A stretch of 64,000 nt of DNA from positions 36,632,213-36,696,212 of the forward strand of contig OZ234493.1 of the NCBI GenBank assembly GCA_965153455.1. The letters run 5' to 3'. The notes under the pieces are model-generated. The model ran no database searches. It saw only the letters and a list, made by a program, of their open reading frames with translations, and was not told the origin of the DNA. A program made the translations under genes and the position numbers. Origin of the DNA: Sphagnum compactum (Eukaryota). How positions within the stretch are numbered: the first letter of the stretch is position 1; every line of letters begins with the position of its first letter. Below are positions 53,252 through 64,000 of the stretch, in pieces.

Positions 53252-54640
53252 GTGACTCAAAGTTTGGTCGAAGAAGAAACTCTAGAAGAGGTGGATGCCA
53301 AAATTGCAGAGCTTATGAGAAATTTGCCCCATATTGCCATTGATTTCCATGCTTTTAAGGATGATTATGGATTGCCAAGTGAAGGAGCCAACCCACATAG
53401 GATAAAAAACAAAGATGTCCAAGAGGTTGAGATCAAAGGGGTGTTTGGGGAAGTTCAAAAAAGGAGCGGGTACTCTTTTGTTGATTGTCATCATGTTCAA
53501 ATGGTGGATAGAATCAAGGTAATCTATCCAGTTGTCTACGGTAAGACAAATTTGCCTAGGAGTAAATTGAATGGGAAGGAGTTTGCTAGGGGGATTGTTG
53601 TAGAGATTGTGAAAGGCAAGAAAGTTAATTGGGTAGGATTCGGTCATGAAACCGGCACCAACCAAAGGTCCAAGTGGCTTTCTTGGATGGAAAAATGCAT
53701 TGAAAAGAAGGTAGTTTTGTTGGGCAAGACTATAGTAGAAATGAAGCTTGAGGAAGGTGTGGAGGATTTGATGAAGGGAGAAAGGAAGATGAAACGAGAG
53801 TTTGAATCTGGTGTTGGTGTTGAGAAGGTTGGTGAAATTAGCCCTAGTCTTGAAAATACTTAACTAGAATTGGGGGAATTAATGAACATTGTTGGGTTGG
53901 AGTTGGAGTTTTCTAAGGTTCAATTGGTGAAGTTGAAAAAGAAAAGGAGTTGACATATGAACTTGGCGAAGGGAAATTTGTCTTCGATTTTATGCAAGCT
54001 ACTGTTTCTAAAGCTAAGAGTAGGCTATAAGAGTTGTTTGCTGTAGAATCGACTATTGATCCTACTGACCTAAACAAACAAAAGATGACTTGTAAAATTT
54101 TACAAGTCCAAAATGGAGAAGACAAAAGCTAATCATGAGGAGCTCTTATTGAAGTCTAACAACCTTCAAAACATAATAGTTAATGGGGTCAAGAAACGAG
54201 AATCTTTTAAGCTTCAACTTGACGCTTTGAATGCCCACTAGTTATAGTTGAAGAAAGGGAAAAAAGTAGTTGATGTACTTAACCTTATCCTATGTGTTAT
54301 CCAAGCGATGTATGTGATATGAGACTTGATACTATAACCCTGAGTTGTTGCTCACTTTGTGGATTCAATTTTCCTTTTAAGGACATCATTGTCTCTAGTT
54401 GTGGCCATCTCTACCATGCATGGTGTGCTAGTATATGGTTCAAAAAGAACACATGGTGCAAGGACAATGTGTGTGAAGGTCTTGTACACCCAAATTGGTA
54501 CAAGAGCTTTGGATTTGCAGAATTTGACAACCACTTGGAAGACAAGTATGTGGATATGGAGTGTGAACTTGCACAGTATGATTATACAACAAAGAAGAGT
54601 TATAGCCTCAACTCATCTCCCAACTATCGGTTAATCAAAT
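53252..54640 (+). pseudogene. Disrupted ORF with charged/coiled-coil middle and C-terminal RING-like zinc finger
   Basis: ORFs 53252-53863 and 54292-54669 linked by stop-interrupted sequence; CSLC...SCGHLYHAWC...CKDNVC. Confidence 0.6.
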
Positions 54641-55899
54641 TTCTATTGCATATTTGTAAACATGTTTGATGAACTTTGTGCAACTTGTCCATTGAATTGT
54701 AGTGTCCAATTAAAATTCTCTAATTGTTGCAATTTCTTTGCACTGATTTACAACCTATGTGTAGGTCTATTGTAACAACTAGGTTAGTTTATTGTAGTGG
54801 TGTAACTTGTATGGATTGTAGTTGTCTACAAGTGTAGTAGAGCATTTAATGTACACAAAGTCTTAGTACATACTTCCAATACCCATTTTGCATACTTGTG
54901 TATGTATAAAGTGGGTACCATGGATCCAAATGGGAGCTAAAAGTATAAATTTTGTTTATAATTAAAACAATAGGTGCAACCCATTACATTCATGACTCTC
55001 CATTGTATGTTCCTTATTGTAATTTATGTACTGCAATTGACTACAAATACTTATCTTTTGCTTGTTGATGTGCATGGTAAGTACCCTTTGAATATTATGT
55101 ATGGTGTGTAGTATTTTATGTACACATGGGTGAGTACTTTATGTTGCATTGTGTCTATCCATTAGACTGTAAGATCCAAATCATACTTGCTTGATTAGAA
55201 TGCATTTTGTATGTTATCTTGTTGTATGCAATGTTCTAACATGTATAGACTTTGATGTGTACTTGTAAGAGACTAACCACACTTGATGGATTAATGTGTA
55301 TGGTGTATATTATGTTGTATGTACCTACATAGATGTTGTGTAGTCTAGTAGTGTATAATCTAGGGTTTTCCATAGCTATTTTAATTATTGAGTTGACTTC
55401 CCTAGTACAATTCATGAATGTTATTTTGTGTGGATGCATGATCTTCACTCAAGGTCTTGTGTGAACCATCTAGTGCAGGCACTTTCAATGGGAATTGTGG
55501 TGAGACCAACCAAGCTATAGGGCCACAAACTCCGAAATGCCTTTTCCTCAGGTTGTTAGTTCTTTTAACCCTAAGCATGTGCTTAAAAATCCTAGAGCAC
55601 CTATCAGAAATTCACCTAGATGTCAATTTGCGGAATTATAGAAGCAACATGTACCACTTGAATTAAATGTTCCAAAAAACTTGTTGCCTTCTTTATACCC
55701 TATGAAGAAGTTGGCCACTTCACCAAAAATTTCAATTTGAAAAACCAAGAATTATAATAATGAATGATGTTTTGTTCAATTTTAAAGATTTTTATTCATT
55801 TCAATTTCAGCTTGGCAATTGTTATTAATTCATTGTATTGAAATGAACTTCAACACCTAGGCTAATCATTCAATAGTTTATCAAAAGAACTAACTTGCT

Positions 55900-56950
55900 T
55901 CCCTCTAAAAGTCCACAAATGGTCAACTAAGTCATCTCAAAGTTGGTAATGAGCATCCTCTTGTCGAATTGTGACTAGTTTTCACATGAGCAAATCTTTT
56001 GAATGACAATAGGATTAGCACTTGGTACTCCTCTAGATGAGTTAAAATCTATTATAGTCAAAAAATTGAATTGAATTCTACATCCCCTTCTTCATCATCA
56101 ACGACCATCTTGTGCATGATCACAATTGTTTTCTAAATCAATTTCATGATTATTTCACTTTGTAGCCACATTGGCAGCACTCCCCATCATGATTATAGAA
56201 TGCCAAATGTGCATTCAATATCTTTGCAAGCCCTTTCTTACATTTTTGCATACCATTTTGGCTTCTCACCTTGTGGTTAAAAGATAGTCTTCTAGAAATA
56301 ACCCAATCCACATATATGCCATTTGCTAGGAGGTAGCACATGTAATAGGCAAGGCCGTAGACAGTGAATTCTACATGTGGGGCAATGCCATGGAGGTAAT
56401 TCACCATGAAAGCGTAGTGATCAACCACATTGATATTGTTTAAAAAACCCAAAAACCTTATAAACCTAGATATAAATGCATGCCAAATCCATAAATCTTT
56501 GGTTAAAATTGCTTCCATCACCAAACTATTGTTGTTAACTTGTTTTGGTATTAACCTTGTTAACTAATCATATAAGTTTTTCACTTGGGCCAATTTGTAA
56601 AATATTCATCTGAACATTTTAAGGAACCTTTGCAATCAATTGAGCTAAATATGCTTCAACATTATATCAGCCAAATTGGGTTCACACAAATATTCTTTTT
56701 TGAAAAAGTCCTTGATTACGTCCCACTTTTTTTGGAAGTACACATTGTAGTTCAAAACAACATTGTGTATTCTCACAACTTCTTGCTCATATGAAATATA
56801 CACCTAAATGCCTCTATTAGATACATGGAATCTTTAGCAAAATAGTCCTACCATTTTCAATTATGAAGCTTTGAAAATCCACAATTTATGTTTGATGCCT
56901 TCCTTCACCATGAACCACCATGTATTGGCACCTCTATTTGAATTGTGATG
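55900..56950 (-). mobile_element. PIF/Harbinger DDE transposase pseudogene
   Basis: SSIDC; MEAILTKDLWIWHAF...NNINVVD; YLLANGIY; C-terminal DDLVDHLW. Confidence 0.85.
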
Positions 56951-59276
56951 AGCATCCACTAGTGCACACTACATGGTTGTGCATAGCCCCCATGTTGTTT
57001 TTGTTTGCTTGTTGTTGTTGGTGAAATGTTCATCAAACCAAATGGGGTTTACCATTGGTAGGCATAGATTCTACTTAGAATTGCTCTCTACTTACTTACA
57101 AAACAATACAAATTGTATTATCAAAAGTACTTACAACATACACACTCTGTGGTTTTATTCATTCTAATTCCTCTATAGATTGTATTCACATTTTTTTTAT
57201 TACAATTATTGTTTCCTTATTTCACAAATTCTGTATTATCCTTAATAATCAAAATCTATGATAAGAATTTCATGATTATTTAGAAAACACAACAATTTCA
57301 AAGTAGATTCATTGTTTCCTCATCAATATTCCATTGTTCTCTTTATTCAAAATTGAACATATCAAACATATGTAATATAAAGTGTAAAAATCCAAACTGA
57401 AAAATAGGAAAATCTATGGTTCACAACCCAATAGAACTTTGAATTACATAATGTGTCCCTATTCTATTCTCCAACAACTTTTAAATTTTTGTGTGTATAA
57501 AAAAAAATTCTCCCGATCCTCATCAAAGTCCAAAACTACATCTTAAGTCTTTTGCCTCCAAAAGTAATTTGAACATCAAATTAATGAAATGTTTTAATCC
57601 TATCCAACTAATGAACCATCTTCATCCTACTTTGTTGAATATCTACAATTCACTTAGTAACAGATGCATATTGCAAATGTGCCTTGAATTGATGGGGCAT
57701 AAAACATAAGTTTCTCACAATTGCAATGTTGGCAAGACAATTTCTTGGCATTTTGGCAAGCCAAATGCAAAACTAAATATTTATTTTTTCCATAGTTGGG
57801 CTTTTCATCGCATTTCATTGTTTTAATCTTCACATTGACCATGCAGACTAATTGATATTTGTTAGCAAAAGTTGGCCAAATGACCCACAAATTGGATGCA
57901 ACATGTAGGAGCGCACTAAATTTGGAAGTGCTTATGAAATTGAATCAATTTTGAAAGAAGAGCTAGATGCAGTTCAAGGATTAAATCAAACATGAACAAT
58001 TTCAATGTCTGTGAGCCATTTTCTATGGTGATGTGATGCAATGTTTTCATGGCAATTTGTTGTTTAATGTGTAGGTGTTAGCAACTTTTGGTGATGATGT
58101 GCAATTGAAGACATCTTCATTTGGTGTTTGTGTTGATGTAATTAACTATGGCAAACACATTTTTGTTGATGACATGCATTATGCAAAGGGCACATGTTTT
58201 GCCATATCTATAGGTAGATTATATGAATTCCTTAAAAATCATGATTATGCAAAATGTCAAGGTTCTTGGCAAGAAGACTTGTGGGAACATGGTTTTTGCA
58301 TGAACATTGTGATTGTAAAATAACCAGGGTGATTTGGGTTTTTGGAACCTTGAACCACATTTGACAATGTTACATTTGATTCACTAGGACTTCTTCATTT
58401 TCATCTCCTTAATAATATTATGTAGCATAGTTGTGAAGGTAATTCCACAAAAATACAAATGAATTATATATTCATTTTTCCAACTATCGTAGTAAACAAA
58501 CAGTTTCGGCATAATAAAATTATTTTTTATTTTTAAATTTTTTAAAAATTATTTATTACTTGTTGCAAAATTTTATTAATTATTATAAAATTTAAAATTG
58601 AAATACTCGACTATCAAGTTTGGACTTTAGACTTGCCGATCTTTGAATTTAAGAATGCAACAGTTTAGACACATTTAGACTATTTCTCAAAGACATCAAA
58701 GTTTGTTTTATTATTTTTTATAAACATTACCTATCAAAAATTTCAGAAATTAAAAACCAACTGTTGAAGTTAAGATTTGAGATTTAATTAATTATTCATT
58801 AGTTTGTTGTTGAATCCATATGGTATTACAATTTTGAAGTTTATTAAAGTTCGATGTTTTTTCTTTGTGATTTTTCTTTGTGAAGTCTATATATTGTCCA
58901 GAACATTGTTTTAATACAATGCCAATATGTGTTTATGTGAAGATTTAGTTTTTCTTTCTAATTAAACCCTTTCACCTTGACTTTATGCAAATTCAAATAT
59001 AACACATTAAATAACAAAAATTAGACAAAAATATTATCTAAAAGAAAACTTGGGGCATTCTATTTGAAGGACTAGCAATACCAAAAGAATTGCCCAATAT
59101 TAGTTTCTAAATTTGGTATTTGGCCAAACCCTTCAGATTGTTCTCAATCGAGTATTCGACAAAGACCCACCCCCTTATACCTTGCAACACAAGTTTTGAA
59201 ACACTTACTTACTTACTTACAATTTAGCGTCATTAAGTGGGCCAAACAGCGCCCGGGCCAGAAAGCCCAATTGACG

Positions 59277-62200
59277 TTAAGTCTGATGAAGCAATTCAGA
59301 TCTAACCATCTGACATTGCACTAAGAATCTAGCAAGGATGCCTTGCTGCTGATAGCTCATCAATTCAGCCAAAGGTGTGATGGCAGTTAGTGGCAATGAA
59401 CCTCTAAACCTCTCTCGAACACTTTGATAGGCAGGGCAAACCAACAAGAAGTGGTCCTCATCCTCAACCGCACCCAAGTTGCACAATTTGCAGTAACGCT
59501 GCTGCACCGGCACCTTCACTGGCTTGACTTGCCTTCCTAGCTCAATCTGCAGCTTGTGATTCGCACAACGAAAACGTGCCAAGCTTCTCCTAAGCTGTGC
59601 ATTGTTTACCCTGGAGAGGTATTCTTTGTACCCATACTGTGCTGAGCTATTCAACCCCAGATAGGCTCTCACCCTGCTGAAGTCAGCTGCAGCCACTTGA
59701 TGGTGTACAATGTATTGCCTTTCAGCCAACTGCTTGAGGCGAGCACATGGTGGCAGCTGATCACTATCGATGCACAAATTATACGTCGATAGTCATTCAT
59801 CTACTTGTGCTAACCAGCAAGCAGGCAATCGGCTCTTTCTACCCACAGCACTCTGATTCCCGAGTAAGACTTTTTGCCTGGCTGCAAGCAACTGCAGCTG
59901 TACATCATAAGCTAGCCTGAGCATGCGATCTGAGTCTACCTCAGAACACACATGTGAAAGAAAGCACATGGTCTGTTGCCACCAAAATATTTTTAGGGGA
60001 AACCTGCCAAACTCTGCCAACACGATGTAACTGGATTTCGTGGTGCTGACCCCCAGCGACGACTTCAAAAAAGCCTGATGAACCACCTCTAACTGTTCGT
60101 GTGCCATGTGGTCTGACCATACTTCACACCCATAGCTAAGCACTGGTTTGACTAGTGCATCAAACAGTTGGCATTGTAATGCTAGATCAACGATGCGTAG
60201 TTCTGCGCATCTGCGTCGCAATGCAAAAACGGCCTTTTTCCCTGACATTACTAACCGCTGTATTGCAGCTTGCATACCTTTTGTGCCATGCAGCTCAACA
60301 CCTAGATATTTGAAAGAGTTTAGTTGCTCTATAGTTTCGCCCTCATACTGAAAAGCCTGACACACAGACTTGCGTGCTTCAAACACAACAACCTTGGTTT
60401 TCTTGACATTCACAGTCAACTGACGCTCACAACAAAAAGCTTGCAAGACATCCAGTTGCTTCTGCAATCCAGCAGGAGTGTGTGACATGAAAGCTAAGTC
60501 GTCTGCATACAGAAGCAAACGAACAGCTAGCTGTCCCAACATTGGTGGTGCGTCACCCTCCAGAGCATTCAGCCGTTTCTCTAGGCCATCTATGAAGAGG
60601 CCAAACAGGAGCGGGCTGAGGGGGCATCCTTGCTTCACTCCGATGCGGCAAAAGAAAGTGGGCGTGAGCCCCTCCTTTGGATGGTGCAGGCAGGCCTGGT
60701 CTTGACGGTACATGGAGCGCAAGCACTCCAGTATCCGCCCACTGATGCCAAGTCCGTCCAGCACCTGCCACAACAGGTCCCTTGGTACTGTATCAAAGGT
60801 TTTTTTGAAGTCCACAAAACAAGTGTATAACTTCTTTTTATGAAATCTGGCTTGTTCGGTCAAAGTGCGAAGAATAAACAAGTTATCTGTTGTCCTAAAG
60901 TCCTTTCTGAAACCAGCCTGTCCCTTTGCGCGTAAATCATTGGTCTCCGCCCATTGACTGATGCGGGACTCAAGAATCATTGCAAACACCTTGGCTAAGA
61001 CTGGTCCTACTGTGATCCCCCTGTAATTGTGAAACTGACTACAGTCACCCCCTTTGTACAGTGCATGTATGATCCCAACAGAGAGTGATTCACAATAGCC
61101 CTCACGTAGTATTTTGTTGAAAGCAATCAATAGTGGTTGCTGTAGGGGGCAGCCACATCCAAAAGGAACTCTGGTTTGATCCCATCAATGCCTGCAGCTT
61201 TGTGTCGTTTTAGTTTTTTGAGTGCTTACTGTACTTCAACTAGTGTGATGTCAACATTCAACTGTTCGCAATCAATACCATTGGGTGGAAAGGAGACCAC
61301 CTGGGCTTGAATAGCGGCACCTACCACAGCTCCTGCTATGGCTGGTGCCGCCGGAGGCTGCAATAGTTGCTGGAAGCCATCCCTGAGCGCTTTGCTGGTG
61401 ATGCCATTGACACCCTCAGTGCGCTTGTGGTACCGCTTCCAGAATGCTGCAGGATCCACCTTCGCTAAACCACATAGCTGCTTAGCCTTGAGCACATCAT
61501 AAGCATGTTTCTTCCTTTTGTACAACTGTTTCATTTGCTTAAGTCTGACCTGCCTATCTAGGTGTGCATGTGACAATTTAACAAACTGGCTTTTGGTCTG
61601 GCGACATTCTGTGTCAAACCAGGGTTTGTGGCTGTGTTTTATTGCTTTTCCTAAGGCCACTTGTCTATTTCCAAACACTTCTTCTGCAGATTGTGTGATG
61701 CACTGTTGTAACATATTGACTGTTGTTTGTACGTCAGATGCATCAAGTACATCTGGGCTTGCCCAGACACCGATGTTATGCTGTACACTCCTGCTAAACT
61801 CTGTTGCTTTGGCAATGTCATATTTGAAACGTGGTAGGTGTTTGATTGCCTTTTGCTGAACAGGAAGGGGTTGCCACTGCTGTGTGATTGTAAGTATCAA
61901 TGGTCTATGATCAGAGTGCGCATCTTTGTGACCTGAGTACTTTTCATCGCAGTTAACCTCTAAATGCTTGACACCCTCTAATTGGTCAGCTGTCGTAAGA
62001 AAATAGTCCATAGTGCTAAAACCTTTATTGCATAGGCATGTGTACTCCCCTGATATGTCTCCTGGTGTGCGGCCATTGAGGATGAATAGCCCAGCAATTC
62101 TGCAGAGATCTAGGAACTCACGATGCCAGCCAGCCGTGACAGTGTCGCGGTTCTGGCGCTCCAGCATATCGTTGGGCAGGGTGTCCTCAATGGCCTGTGG

Positions 62201-62739
62201 CACCAGTAGCACATCTGTTAGTTGACTGCAATCAATGAAGTCAGTGTTTGTGCCTGTCCTTGCATTGAAATCCCCAGCAAGAAGCACACCGCCTAAGCTC
62301 ATGGCTTCTCCAACCTCTTGGCATATGTGTTCAAACAGGCTGCTGTCTGCATATGGCGAGCCTTGTGGAGCAGCATATACTATGCACAGGAACAAAGGCC
62401 TTTTGAAAGCATTGCCCAAGCGCAGCCAAATCCTAGTCCCATCCCTTGCAGTCTTCCAAACAGCAGTACTATTTGCCCATGGTTCCCTGACTAGTACTGC
62501 AATGCCTCACTGTGCTTTCGAACGACACCCTGTGTAGTCACAGGCCTGGTGACATCAAAACAACAGAACCCCGGTAAGACCGGGAATGTATCGCCCGGAA
62601 AGTGATGTGTTTCTATCAAAGCAACAACGTCAACATGTTGAAATAGGTCAAGCAGATGTTCATGTGTTTCTAGCTTTGTGATAGCGGCCCCATGGATGTT
62701 CCACAAGCACACGCGCAAGTCTCTCTGGCCCCCGCCCCC
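59277..62739 (-). pseudogene. LINE ORF2 (APE-RT-zinc finger) with about four lesions
   Basis: Frameshifts near 62508 and ~61160; stops at 61226 and 59793. Confidence 0.9.
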
Positions 62740-62898
62740 CTATACAGTAGGAGAGTTTACGACTTTGTGGTTGATGTAGAGATCGGCCCCACGCCAGTAG
62801 ACCCATTCGCCAGCCTCTTTGGCCTCCTTAAAGGTGGCCCAAGCAGCTCGCTTCTGGGCCTGCTAAGCGAGAGTCAGGTCCTCGTCGAGCCCAAGCTG
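62740..62898 (-). pseudogene. C-terminal fragment of LINE ORF1
   Basis: QLGLDEDLTLA*QAQKRAAWATFKEAKEAGEWVYWRGADLYINHKVVNSPTV*. Confidence 0.7.
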
Positions 62899-64000
62899 AA
62901 TAACACCTTAACCTAACTCACCCCTTCAAATGTAAATAAGTCAAAGATCTGGTACTGGTTAATTCGGAAGTTGACAAAAAAAAAAACAAAAGACTCCACC
63001 CCAAAGGGTCTTTCAATCCATTAAAATTTACTAACCACACCCACTACGTATTTGAAGAATCAAATACTTGCACAACACTAGTCTTTAGGGTTTAAATCAT
63101 TAAATAGGTCTTGATTTAAATTAAACCCATGTATGGGGACCAATTCTAAAAATTGAGAAAAAAAAGATTTGAAGCGTTGCATTGGAATTATACTACATTG
63201 CACGTTGTAACCCTATTTTACCCCAAATAAAATTCATGTGTGGGGTTGAACTAAGGCTTGCTTTAGATTGGGAGTCGCTAAAAAAACTTGGGGCCAACTT
63301 TTAACATTTTTGGCTTGTTGTTTGGCCCCAAGTTACTAATAAATGCTAGAACATTGACGTCAAGATATTAATAAATGCACGAACATTGGCCCCAAGGGTT
63401 GCAAATTCTAAACCCTACACCCAAATTCAATGGTATCCTTTTTTCAGCCTTGGGCCCAATACAATTCCATAAAGTTCAGAATTTATTAGTAACTTGGGGC
63501 AGATTGAAAAGATTTCTTCTCTTTCCGTCTTGGCTCCTAGTCTAAAGCCCTTGTGGCTCATTTCAACTTTTGCACCAATAGGAATGGTTGATTTGAGTTG
63601 AACCTTGGCCCTAAACCCTAAACCCTTCACTCCTCATGTGGTGGGCCTAAGGTTGAACATTTCCAAATATGTGCCATGGGATGAGGGCATAGGTAGGGTT
63701 TAGGGTTTATGCGGATCATTTCAATGATAATGAAATGCCTTCGAGTCTAGTTCATCAATAGCCTCTTTCTTTCACTCCTTGAGTTGTTTTTGTTGGCTTC
63801 AAAAGCACAACAAAAAAGAGGTGCAAACCAGTGTTGGGTGGTTACCCAGTTTGATGAGTTAGAACCACCAGTTCTAGTTAGGGAAAAACCAAATCCTAAT
63901 GGGGTCTGATTTTGGATCCAGTTTCAGACTGGAAATTGGGTTTAGAACTGGACCCAGTTGTGCAATCCGAACTGGAACTGGAACTGGAATTTTTGAAAAG

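Larger units (their letters stand above)
59204..62900 (-). mobile_element. 5'-truncated non-LTR retrotransposon (LINE, RTEX-like) with a (TAAG)n tail
   Basis: ORF1 C-terminus, APE endonuclease (CLWNIHG, LIETH, GDFNAR, SDH), RT (GVKQGCPLSPLLF, LLYADD), C-terminal CKLC...EDEDHFLLVC; CTTA repeats at 59204-59220. Clade assignment is inference. Confidence 0.9.

Noticed and set aside
57480-58330. Transposase-like fragments
   Set aside because: Too degenerate to assign.
59190-62915. TSD of the LINE
   Set aside because: Only a short AACAC match on both sides; not convincing.
63400-63715. Interstitial telomere
   Set aside because: Only one or two CCCTAAA units at a time (also at ~45905-45935); not an array.

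Overview
AT-rich, repeat-dense eukaryotic DNA with spliceosomal introns. The repeat and gene families suggest a bryophyte, possibly Sphagnum-like (inference). The main find is a decayed minus-strand LTR retrotransposon (1-9567) whose polyprotein reads Gag (two CCHC knuckles), aspartic protease, then a DNA cytosine-5 methyltransferase (DNMT) with motifs I, II, IV-VI and VIII-X recognisable. Three nested solo LTRs split the protease from the DNMT; removing them restores the reading frame across the insertion site. The one apparently intact host gene (26527-32880+, minus) joins an NB-ARC winged-helix remnant with no visible P-loop, 34 perfect 24-aa LRRs, and a C-terminal helical domain plus protein kinase, via phase-compatible introns. 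Also present: two inverted copies of a 2.7-2.9 kb solo LTR carrying a small codon-conserved ORF, an intron-containing SUVR-type pre-SET/SET pseudogene that the ORF track largely misses, Gypsy RNaseH/integrase and PIF/Harbinger remnants, CACTA- and Mutator-like non-autonomous elements, a ~181-bp satellite, a palindromic minisatellite, and a 5'-truncated GC-rich LINE whose ORF2 is in frame with ORF1 behind a single TAG. All translations and alignments were done by eye; no database searches were run.
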